From positions 5,906,707-5,970,706 of the forward strand of contig OZ037767.1 of NCBI GenBank assembly GCA_964035545.1: 64,000 bases of DNA, read 5' to 3'. Positions 1 to 13,200 of the stretch are shown here, piece after piece. The translations under genes were made by a program, and so were the position numbers. Origin of the DNA: Bugula neritina. Taxonomy: Eukaryota; Animalia; Bryozoa. A model generated the notes under the pieces. That model saw nothing but the letters and a program-made list of their open reading frames with translations, was not told the origin of the DNA and made no database searches. Every line of letters starts with the position of its first letter. Position 1 is the first letter of the stretch.

Positions 1-369
1 CCGGAAAATTTAAATTTGAAATTATCTGATATAAATAAATAGATACACTCAACTCCATCTCGATAATCAAAGAGATATTAAAATAGTTGTTATAATGGCA
101 GTTTAACATATTTTATGGTTGGCAAGTAACTAATAACTGAGTAGAAATACACTTTATAACTAACATAACAGACTTAAAAAATTACTATTCTGCATAATAC
201 GGGAAAGGCCAATAATTATTATGAATAGCAACTTGCGAGTAGTAATGACTGATAATAATAACATGTTTCACAAGTGATTTGAATTATTAGATATTCGTGC
301 ATCCTGGATTCTGTATAGAACTAATCCGAGATTAAAAGTAGTGTGACCTCTAGCAACTAACAAACTTAC

Positions 370-500
370 AAAGAAGGCAATAGCAGCTAAGAGCACGCAT
401 ATCACTATAACCGGAATGAGCCAGGAGTAGTACGGTACAGCCTTAGAAGGGGCGGGTCCAGAGGTTTGGTCAGAGGTGGGAAGCTGGAGAGTAACTGTGC
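370..500 (-). CDS. USH2A: Usherin exon 85: juxtamembrane stalk and transmembrane helix
   Basis: tttag|..|gtaagt exon translating [44 protein letters not shown]. Hydrophobic run; phase matches the preceding exon. Not in the ORF track. Confidence 0.88.
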
Positions 501-1237
501 CTAAAAATACATTTGGATTTAAACAATATTACTAGAATAGTGTAAGGAGTAGTCATTTTGCTTTAATTTAAGAGCTGCATTTAATATTAAAAGGTTTAAA
601 ATATTTTTTGAAGCTTTAGTAATTCATTTAGGCAGTAAGGATGAATACTTGCTTTTTTAACAAAAAATAACTGTTGAGAATTTTAAAAAAATCATCAAAT
701 TTTTGAAGAGAGGGATGCTAAAAGTCGAAAAATGTATACTTCTGCTTCTAAATAAGTTTTGTGTCCAAAAAATTGTGATAGCATTACCATAAACCACCAC
801 ACTATGAAGGTGAAGATTTATGTAGCAGGGCTACCCACAGAATGTATAATTTTATACATTATAACAGTTTTAATTTTATAATAAAGCTTAGATTAAATAC
901 AATGGAATTTCTATTTCAGTATTCCTGAATTAAATTACCAAACTACATTTGGTTGACGAATATAAAAAAAGGTTAATCATGACAACTGGCAGTAATTCAC
1001 GGAAAAACCAAATAAGATGCAAAAATTACCATAACAGTTTTAAAATGTTGGGCAAAATATTTAAAATATACAAAGCAACATTCTTGGAAAAATATTCCTC
1101 CACAAAAGTGAAATGTGCTGAATATCTTAAAAAAACAATCCAAGTTGTTTTTTCATCAACAATATTTTCCCTAGTTTCAATCATATAGAAATCTCTAGAA
1201 CAAGGAGACAGTGAAACAGAGAGACAGAGCAACATAG

Positions 1238-1294
<57 letters not shown>

Positions 1295-4200
1295 AGAGGG
1301 GTAGAGATAGAGAGAGGGGGGAGAGAGAGAGAGAGGGGGGGGAAAGAGTGATAATGAAAAAGGGTGATAAATATGATCAGCAGTGATGTCAGCCAGAGGT
1401 AAGCATGCTGCTAAAGAAAGAACATCTTACCGGCAACTTCTGGTCTAACCCTGATCCAAGGAGAGCGTATGGTGCCTGTGGCTGTGATGACTGTTACTGA
1501 TACATCTATAGCTGTATAAAAAAAACTTGCATGTAAGCTAGACAAATCTTTACTACAGTTGAACTAAGTAAATCAGACTAAGGCTTGTGCAAACATGCCT
1601 ATTCCATTACAATATCATCATTAGTTTTTGAAACTAAAGTAGGCTTGTCTCTCAAAGCACTCAGAAAAGTTAACAAATCGTAACTTATTTGAATACAATT
1701 TGCAGAGAAAACAACTAGACAGGCAGATATAGGTCTTATTAATATAAAAGTTGTAAAATAGCGATTATTTTGCAATTTCAATATGACTTTCTCTTTTAGC
1801 CTAGTGGAGGATAAATGTCCCGAATATGCCAGGGTAGTGTTGTGTACTATTAGTCCCATACGAGACATACTCTAAATGTATTGAAAGTGGAGAAAGTGGA
1901 ATAGTTGGCAAACATAGCCTAGCTCACAGAATACATGTAACTTACTTATTCAGAAGATATGCAGGTCATGTGTTACCTACACCTCAGGTCTTAAGAAAGC
2001 TTTTCACTTTTTACAGCTCAAGAACAGGTATCATAATTATATTAAATGTTTTCAATACAAGTTCAAATATTTCCATAAATTTACTCACCAGCTGAAAACA
2101 CTGACAACGTATATCTAGTCTCAAACCCTGTATACTTCTTCTCAGCAGTTGGAGCGTCTACAGTGACGTCCCGAACATAAAGTTCATACTTGATCAGCTG
2201 TGAGTTGAGAGTGAAGGCCTCACTCCAATCGAGTAGCAAAACAAAGTCATCTGTATCGTATACTAGCCCGGGATTCTCATGGTACACTGGACCTACGTGT
2301 GGCAGAGTAGAAAGATTAGATATGATGAGTGAGAAAGTAACAACTAGGGCTATTGTAGAGTTTATATGCCGCATAACAAACACTCTCAGCTTAATATAAG
2401 TTCTTTCAAATATCAAAAAAGTGTTGGACACCCAAGAGTTTTGTTGGATAATAAGTCCGCATATTTTCGTTAGAGATGTTATAACATGAACAACATTAAA
2501 ATCTTCATCACTAACATTTAAAAAAAACATGTATTTTATTCAAATTATGTTAACAAATAAAAAAACTTGAAGCTGGAGCTCAAATTCATCAATTTTATAC
2601 AAATCTATAACATCTCAATGCAAAAAAATGCCATAATCACAAAAATATAAAAACAATATGCAATTTTATGCCATTGTAGTAGCGTGTACATCAACAAAGC
2701 CATTCTATACATCATAAAACATATAAAATCGACCAATCACATTTCATACTTGCACAATGCAGACGTACACACCTATAGAGTCTGTAACATGGTGGGAGCT
2801 CCACGACTCACTCTCGGTGATACCCACTGTGTTCTCAGCCTCCACCTTCCACTGGTATGATGTGTAGGGTTCAAGGTCAACAATTGACAATGTGAAGACG
2901 TCTGCTGGAATCTTATCAACAAGGCTGGCCTCAGAAACTACACACTGAGCTGTATAAAACGTCTGGTAGGCACGTGGACAGCCCAATCTTTGGTAAATTA
3001 CATAACTGAAAAACAAAGGATTATATACACACGTATGTACATACACACATACATACATACATACATACATACATAAACACATACATACATACACACATAC
3101 GTACACACATACGTACATACATACATACATACATACATATCAACGGAGCGACAATGATTTACACATCGCATAGAAAATATAAAAAATATGGTCTTACTTT
3201 GTTACAAAATCAATTGAAGTAGTTTATTTGTGCATAGCATTTGAATTCAATAAAATCATCTAAACACAATTTTTTATCTAATAATATTTTATTGAAACGA
3301 AAATGGTACACAGTTTATGACGCAAGTTTTACAGTATGCGAAGATTAACAATCCACACCCAATAAAAAACAATTTTATTACCAAATAAATTAAGCAAAAA
3401 AATAATAAATCTGACAGGCTGTTATCCGATTTAAAACTAATGCGTTTAAATACTGTCTGTCAGAACTCCATTAGAATTAACTTTGAAAGATGGATTATTA
3501 CTAGGAGAGCAGAAACTGGGTTGGCCATCCAAACTCGTATATAGAATCTATGAGACGCTTACATAAGCAACCTTTATGTGCTGACCAAAAACATGCCGGC
3601 TAATATCTTGACATATTCAACAGTACCTGGTTATTTCCCCATTTGGCCTTAAGGGAGGCTCCCACTGTAAGCTCACGCTGTCAGAGGTCACGTTGAAAAC
3701 AAGAGGTGCTGCCATACCGGCAGGAGTGTCAGAAGAGGTGGATGAGAGAGTTGGAGAACTGAGACTACAGCCGACATCTGTACACACTCTGTACTCCAGA
3801 CTGTACGTGGTGTACGGTGTGAGACCAGATACTGTCAGCTCTAAACCAATGCCTGAGGTCAGCTGGTGGAAAAGAATTAAAATCACAAAAAATAACAAAA
3901 ACATTTCAAGACTGTTAATAAGATGAGAAAGATTTCAATGCAGAATCTAAAATTCTCATATATGTAAATTTGTCTGGGAAATGGAAAATTAAAACCATAA
4001 AAAATAATCATAATGACTTAAAACCACAAAGTAATCTTTTTACCACTCAAGATGTCTTTACTTCATAGCCATAAATCACAGAAAGGCCTAATCATGGACA
4101 GTGAAATTGTATTCTTTTTTGTAAAAGAAATTATCTATGACTATTGGCACTAATCCAAAAACAAATAATATATTGCAAAATATTCTATTGAAGGTTTAAT

Positions 4201-7200
4201 GTTACAGAAAATCAAAATTCCACCAGCTATGTTATTTTCATAACAAGTATTGTGTGTTGTAATTTTGAATAAGTTTTCTTTGTAACCTTAGGTGACCTAT
4301 AAGCCATGCACCTTCTTTGTTTCTTGACTTCTCTAAGTGCGTTACCATTAAATGAGCTGCAAAAACTGAGAGTCTACCAGATGGCAAAGTGCTACACATA
4401 AAATAAAAGTAATTCCACAACCATCTGCTAAAAAATCCAGTCTTGGCAACACTTGGCAAGACAAGGATCTTGGCAAGACACTTTACAAAAAAATAATAAT
4501 CAATAAATTGGAAGCGAAACAACTATTAAAATTATTACCAATAATTAAAACCATGTGAGCAATAAAATTATAGTTAATCACATGAGTTCATCCATCGAGT
4601 AGTTAACGAAGCAGATCTAAATATAAACATTCAGCCAGCTGGTTTACGACTTCACGCAATCAACTTGTCAGGTTTACGCTGTTTTTTGGGAGTAATACAA
4701 AATTAATGTGATGTTATGTAACTTTTTAATGATTATGTAACAGGATTGGTGGATAAGTGATTACCAGAAACTCGAGTTTAATGTGAAAGATAAAATCTAA
4801 GATCGTTACGATAAGAGAACTGTCACGGCGATATAGGATACAAACATAGAGAAGATTCTAGAAGGTAAGTGCTTACCGACTGTGTACCGTTGACTAGGAG
4901 CATGGATCTGGTGATCTCACCATTCGGCGTGTCTGGGGGGATTACAGTAACAGTGATAGCATTAGCAGCTACAGCCTGTAAAAATCACACCAACTCAACA
5001 TGAAAAAGTACAGATACAATGCTGATTCAGCATTCTAATAATATTGTTTAGTAAAAGATCTAGCACGAACAAATACATCAACATGTCTACTTAGCAAAAC
5101 CTCAGTAACCAAATCAGATAGAAAATGGTGATGTTCATAAGACATGGCAGCTTTTAGCCATAAGCTCTAGCAGACAAAATACCTTGACTACGGGTGGGGA
5201 AACACCTTCTGGGGCAGCCTGGTGAGTTCTTACTCTAGCCCAAAGGCTTGCAGTACTGCCTGCCCCATTCACAACATGTATTCGGTATTCATAGTCACTG
5301 AAGGGCCTCAGTCTAGCATCTTCATCTAGGAATCTTGTGTCAGAGCCAAGGTAGACTGTACTAGTTTTACCTGACAAAATGAACATCAGCAATACCATAT
5401 CCTGTATGATAGCCTAAGATATGTGAATTCACAAACCTCCAACATTGTGACATTTCTAAGGAAAAACATGTCTGTTTTTAACCATGTTTGGTTTTTATGA
5501 CAACAGCAATATTCTAAACGTGTTAGAAACATCTGCAATAACTGATGCTCTGTGAATGGAAAGTAGTATGATTGGTTGAACATGTTACAAATCACGCATC
5601 ATCTGCAGACAAACACATTTTTTTGAGAAACTCGATGTAAAAAAACTAAATTAGCTACGTAAAACTTTCTCTCATTCCTGTTAAATCAAAGACTTTAGTC
5701 ACCAAGAAAATGTCAATTTTAAATTTTTTTGCTGCCGAAATGTGTCAGCCATGTTTTTCAAGAAACCTTTCACTGTTTATTGACCAACAATTGTATGCAA
5801 AACTGTAACCAACACTGCACGCATAGCAAAATGCATGGTCGGAATATCATATAATTATTACCACCAGAAACATCTTTCCTCTCAACTCTGTACTCCTTAA
5901 GAATCCCGTTTAAGTCCTGAGGGACATCCCATACGACCAATATCCCGGAATGAGCACCTAAGAGTGTAGCCTGAGGGGTTAAGACAGGCTTCCCCATACC
6001 TGAGGGTGCAGCTTCTAAAGTCCGCACAGTTTGCGTAGCACTCAGAGTACAGCCTACTGCGGTGCAAGCTTGAACTCTTATACTGTACAATGTGAAGTAC
6101 TCCAAGTCTAAAAGTACATACAATACATACAGTACATATACTGCATACAATATACAGTATATATACTGTTTACAGTATACACAGTATATACAGCATACTA
6201 TATGCAATATATACAGCATACAATATACAGTATATACAGTATATACAGCATACAGTATACAGTATATACAGCATATAATATATAGTATATACAGCATACA
6301 ATATACAGTATATATACAGCATACAATATACAGTATATACAGCATATAATATACAGTATATACAGCATACAATATACAGTATATACAGCATACAATATAC
6401 AGTATATACAGCATACAATATACAGTATAAACAGCATATAATATACAGTATATACAGCATACAATATACAGTATATACAGCATACAATATACAGTATATA
6501 TATTGCTTACAATACACAGTATATATATTGCTTACAGTACACAGTATATATACTACATACAGTATACACAGTATATATACTACATATAATACACAGTACA
6601 TACACTGCATACCAATACATGTACTTCATTATTATAAAACAGTTGATGAGTTTAAATGATAAAAGAAATATATTGCATAATTTAGATGACTCGCTATTTC
6701 AGTATTAGAGTGCATATTTCAAAATAATTATATCATATGTATTTCCTTCTCACAGGTTGTAAATAATTTACTCAAAACTCAGTAAATAGATAATTAACAA
6801 GAGCTCTTTTAATTAAGACAGAACACATAGTATAACAAATAGCATTGTAATACCAGAGACTGTAGCTGATAGCCGTAGACCAGTGTACAACACCTCTCTT
6901 GTGAAATCGTCATACAGGGTGTAGTTAGAGATGATACCATTAGACTTGGCTGGAGGTGTCCATATTGCTCTACGAGTACAAAAAGTATAAATTATAACTA
7001 GTCTGTGGCTACAAAAAATGCTTAATAGACTGACAAATGCTTAAATCTGGAACCACAACTCATTGTGTAATGGTAAAAAGGTCTTTATACGCTGTAGCAC
7101 CAACTGTTACACTTTGATATTGATATGTTGTGTGATTAGCAATGACCATATTTGCTGCAAGTCCAATATGGTAAGCCAAAAGCAAGTTGTGACAAATGAA

Positions 7201-10200
7201 ATTTGTAAAACCACTTGTATAAATTTCTCCAATACTTTATATTACCACATATCATTTAATTCCTTCCTTTTAATAAATTCTATAGATCTTGGGGAATGAG
7301 AAATTTAGGGAAAAAATCAGAGTAGATCATGCAAAGATTGGTTAAACGGTACAGAACAAAGATTACATAAAACTTTTACCATAAACTACATAATAATATG
7401 CTAAAACTGTTCTACAGTTTTTATGTAAATTTTTACTTTGGGACTAAATTAAATATTGCAAATCCGTAATAGCAACAAGAAATATATACGGAGGTTTTTT
7501 ACCAAAACCTCTACAATAAATTACAAAGAAACTTGCCTTATACTTGTAGAGCTCAGTGCAGATAATAGTGGTGCAGACAACCCTGTGGGAGAGCTCATGT
7601 AGGTGCGCGCGGTAGAGGCGGGGGAGACAACTCTACCAACACTATTACTAGCGCTGATAGTATAAGTGAACTCTGTATTGGGAGAGAGGAGTGTGTCAGT
7701 GTAGACAAATCCAATGCCTAAAAACATATAATCAACGATATTCATCATGATAGTGCTCCCTCCATATCTCGCGGATCCATTTTTCACGAAATTTCATTAA
7801 TCACAAGAAGGGCTAGAACCTCTGTTTTGTGGTTTATGTGTGTGTTTAGGGCCAAAATGACCAAATTTAACAGATGTGTGAGTTAGATTCCGTATTCTTC
7901 TATGTAACATTTGAGGTTTCGGAACTTGCAGCTTAGTGAGATTTAGAGGGAGAGCTGTATTTTAACCAAAATAAATTTCTACCATAAAAACAAGTCAGGC
8001 GTCATTCCAAGTGAAAATTCCATATGCTTTAGGATGTACACAGGTAAAACCAAATTTTAAAATTATAACAAAATTATTAGTGAAAATTGGTGTCACAATT
8101 AACATAAAGCTCTTTAAATGAGCAGAACTTAATAAAGAGAAAGCAATCTACAACTCTAATAGAAAATACTCTAATAGAATGATTTATAACAAAGCAAATA
8201 AACTCAGCAACCAATGATGTTGTGACAACAAAAGAGAAGCAATTGGCACAAATTAGCAAATATAAATATTTCAAACTGCAATTTAATTTCGTTCATTCAA
8301 CTGCAAAAACAAAACTAACTATTCTCAACAATCATCCATTGAAATATTTTTAAAGAAAACTAAAATTAAGCTAACCCAGCAGGGCTAATGAAACCGAGGC
8401 AAAGAATTTTTTTAAAAATAACTTGTTAGATGCGTAGAAAAAATCAGTGGAGTGCAAAATATGAATTACTGTTATGAAAATTCTTTAGGTGTGAATGTGT
8501 GGGTAAAACTTTTAAGAGTGTTTATAAACCAGGTTAAGAAGTTCTTTAATTTGATGAGGCGAATAACGATAATTGCTTGAAAATGCAAATTGTAAACATT
8601 TATTCCAAATGACGAGATGTTATGACAAAATATATGCCGATGATGACTAGCAGGATTCAAAGACCTCCCGTGTCAGTTCTCAAAACAAACAGGAAATCGG
8701 CTCTTGATAGAATTGTAAACCGATGACGAAGCAGGTTTCCTTGTTGTGTACGAAAATAGCAATTACAATGTATAGCTCAATCTTAGCGAATAATGCAATA
8801 GTATAAATATGGGTATTAATGCCTAAACATATATATGTATATATGTATATATGTATATATGTATATATGTATATATGTATATATGTATATATGTATATAT
8901 GTATATATGTATATATGTATGTATGTATATATGTATATATGTATATATGTATATATGTATATGTGTATATATGTATATATGTATATGTAAGCAGTAAATA
9001 AAATATAACTCGCAGTTATTACACAACTAGGCACCAATACCTTCATATATCAGCTCATTATTCCTGTACACTTTGTAAGAGTTAATCAAACCATTAGGTT
9101 TAGATGGTTGAGTCCAGGTAACTTCAATAGCGGTAGCAGACACCACCCGTAATATAGGAGCGCTTAAGTCTTGAGGAACAGAAGGTTTAGTTCTACCAAG
9201 GACAGGTGCACTGGCTGTGCAGCCTCCAGCTGGATAAAGAAATGTATCCAAGTAAATTCTTGGATTCTTAACCACAGAGATACATTTAAAACTTACATCA
9301 TATACATAAGTAGATAAATTGACCTTTGAAATATATCCACAAAGCCAGTAAGAAACAAGAAATATATTATTATAACAATACACAATTAATCAATTCCACC
9401 GTTGAAAAATCATATATGTCAATTTAAAGGACTCTGGATTTCAGCTAACAATGCACCCAACGACCTTGAAATGTAATGAGTGCAGCCATGAAGGGGGAAT
9501 AATATGAAACATGGAAATACATATGAGCAATGCCAGTGAACAAGCACATACATATAATCATCAATAAATATTACTCTAAACTTATACTATTCATAAACTT
9601 ATATTATTTATATTAAAAATGCCTTAACGAAAATATTATTTTGAAAACTGCCGGTAGAAGTTGATATTCAAAAGTGTTAGCAAATATAGTAACTAATTTA
9701 TTATTATACTTACGTGTAAGTAGGGTAATAAGTAGAGTAGTAAGTAGTAGAGGTAAGTAGAGTAGTAAGTAGACTAGTAAGTAGAGTAGTAAGTAGAATA
9801 GTAAGTAGAGTAGTAAGTAGAGTAGTAAGTAGAGTAGTAAGTAGAGTAGTAAGTAGAGTAGTAAGTAGACTAGTAAGTAGAGTAGTAAGTAGAGTAGTAA
9901 GTAGAGAGGTAAGTAGAGTAGTAAGTAGAATAGTAAGTAGACTAGTAAGTGGAGTAGTAAGTAGAGTAGTAAGTAGAGTAGTAAGTAGAGTAGTAAGTAG
10001 AGTAGTAAGTAGACTAGTAAGTAGAGTAGTAAGTAGAGTAGTAAGTAGAGTAGTAAGTAGAGTAGTGAGTAGAGTAGTAAGTAGAGTAGTAAGTAGAGTA
10101 GTGAGTAGAGTAGTAAGTGGAGTAGTAAGTAGAGTAGTAAGTAGAGTAGTAAGTAGAGTAGTAAGTAGAGTAGTAAGTAGAGTAATAAGTAGAGTAGTAA

Positions 10201-13200
10201 GTAGAGTAGTAAGTAGACTAGTAAGTAGAGTAGTAAGTAGAGTAGTAAGTAGAGAGGTAAGTAGAGTAGTAAGTAGAATAGTAAGTAGAATAGTAAGTAG
10301 ACTAGTAAGTGGAGTAGTAAGTAGAGTAGTAAGTAGAGTAGTAAGTAGAGTAGTAAGTAGAGTAGTAAGTAGACTAGTAAGTAGAGTAGTAAGTAGAGTA
10401 GTAAGTAGAGTAGTAAGTAGAGTAGTAAGTAGAGAGGTAAGTAGAGTAGTAAGTAGAGTAGTAGTATGTTCAAATACTGTTGCATCCCCACATACCTGTA
10501 CAAGCTTCCAAAACAAGTCGGTATTGAGTAAAGGGACTGAGGCTACCTATTAGTATTGTAGTATTTAAGCCTGAGTAAAATACTTCCGAGTCTAGCTTGA
10601 GATTATACTCAATTATCACACCATTAGTCATAGAGGGTGGCTGCCATCGCACCTCCAACTCTACAATATATATTATGTATCATCATTGTAATTAAGTTTG
10701 CACTTAAGATAAAAAATCAACAAAGATTTACAGAAATAAGTTGCAACCAATCAATGGCTGAGGAAGAAAAAGATAAGTACTACTTTGCAGATGGTTTAGG
10801 ACAAAAAAATTTAATTTTTTTCTATCATTTAAAGCTTATATTAAAAAGGATTATGAAAACTGAACGAAAACAGGAATTTTAAGATGCACAAGTTATTGGT
10901 GAAGCGCTATGAGATCAGCTCACTTTATAGTTGCTGAGAACTATAGCTGACTATAAATTAGTTGGCAAAGAGCAAGTTAGACAACCCAGTACCAACACCT
11001 GGTAGAACACTTCAACAAAAGTACTTTTAATAACAGTAATCTTGTACAACCATAAATTAATGGCAAATAGCACTCAAGCAAATTTTCTTGAATTTTCTTA
11101 TCTACTTCACTTTACTTTACCAGCTTAACTTCACAAAATATATTAATTAAAATATATAACTTGAAATTTCACAATGTAACTTACTTAGAATTTAAATGTC
11201 ATAAATATATGGTTTTCTTTACAAGTACTGGTGAAATACACTGACAGCATGCAGTGAGTGGCTATAGCATTATAACATAATCATTTACCTGTAGAGCTGA
11301 CTGTCTCGACAACTGGGCTATCTATAAACAAGGGTGACGACTCCTTAGTCCTGATAGACTGAGAGTCACTAGATGTGCAGCCAGCGGATGTACAGACAGA
11401 TATTACGTAGGAATAAAATGTGTTGGGTGAGAGACCTGAGTCTATGTACTCCTGTAAGATATGAAGATGTATTTAAGTAATGACAGTGAATATGTGCAGT
11501 AAGTACGATAAATACACTAAGGTCACAAGAGGCAGGCCATTCGAAAGTAGGAGTTGTGTCATCAAAATAATACAGAAAATAAAAAACTAGCTTGACACCA
11601 CTTTACATTTTATAATCAGGTAACTATTTTTTTTAATTTCAACCTGTGTTTATTAACTCAAAGAAAGTCTAACTTCACTCTAGTTAATATAAACCTACAT
11701 AAAAAACTATTATAAAATAAACATTGTGATTACAATGCATATTATAACATGTTTTATAACATATTTAATTATCTATACTGTATTAAACATCAACATGCCA
11801 GTTTATCTTATGTTCATAATCAACATAAAACATGAATTAAGAAATAAAGAAGTTCACCTTAACATGCAGAGGTGTGAAGCTCCAGGGAGTGGAGGCGTTA
11901 CGCGAGAGATGATAACTCTGAATCACGCCATTAGATGTGACTGGAGCCATCCACGTGATAAGCAAACTGTCGTATGACGAGCCTGGAAATATTTTGATTG
12001 TGAGAAATAAACTTTTTACGCAACATGCACAATCATTAAACTCATTTTCAATGATTTATAGTGGTACATATAGTACTTTGGTGAGAGAGGTAAATACAAG
12101 GTGGCTTACCATAATGACTAACAGTTGGAGGAAGCACACCACCAGGTGGCGCTTGTTCAGTTTCAACTGCTATCCATTCACTTTCTACAGACCCTTTAGA
12201 ATTACTGCTTCTAACCTTATACCGATAACTACAACATAAAATAAAATTGCAGTACAAATTTAATAAGTATCAGAGCCATAATTATTTTCAGTTTAATGTA
12301 ACTATACAATACTGTACCTATAATAGGGTAGAAGCTGTCTGTCTGTGTACTCATACTGTGTCAAGGACGTATCATTAGTAGAATAGACTATAATTGGAGA
12401 TCCGTCACGTTTACTCAGTCTACCTTGAGCTAGTCTAAGTACTTCATAGCTGACTATTACTCCATATGGGTTTAACGGGGCGACCCATCTGTAAATATTT
12501 AACATATATAATCAGCCTATGAAATATGACCTAAATACCGTATTATTACGATTCATAACTAGACATGTTAGTGGGCAAAGGGGTTGGCTTTAACACAGCT
12601 AACAACACTAATTCAGACTAAAAAAAATATATCAACAAGAACTTGTTTCAAAATTTAAAATAAGAAAAAACACAAATCTATTAGAGAAATTCTGCTGACA
12701 TTAAATAGAAAATGATGTTATATATGCCGCAATAATATACAAGAGTAAGTTTTCGACTTTCATGTAGGTGGGGTGGGGGAGTGGTTGGTACTAGCACACC
12801 CCACATTAGTTTAGAAAAATTTTTAGAAAATTTTCAGAAATTAATTTCGAAATTCAAGCAATTATAAAGTTACCAGCAACCATTCAATGACCTAGCCAAG
12901 ACATTATTAAATAGTAATTCATACCACAAGGTAGTCCCAGCCTCACCTGAGAGTAACTGTTGTACTGTTCACTTCTCCTACAGATGGAGCCGGCTGATTG
13001 GCTGGTAGAATCTCAGCCGTTGTAACCGTCTGCCAGGAAGCAGACGTACAGCCAGCAGACGTGCACACCTCCAGTCTGACAGAATAATCAGTGAAAGGCT
13101 GTAGCCTTAGGAACACAAACTCTCTACCTAAACCTCGGTACAGAGGGAATTGTGACCACTCCTCATGCAGAATATACTCCGTGATCTCCCCATTGGGCTT

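Noticed and set aside
6092-6610. Overlapping Y/I/C-rich ORFs
   Set aside because: Translations of the 23-bp minisatellite; only 5862-6107 is a real exon.
9613-10553. Long ORFs of 296, 268 and 162 aa (LLY, TTLL, SRVV repeats)
   Set aside because: Open frames arise from a stop-free 12-bp satellite within an intron; no protein features.
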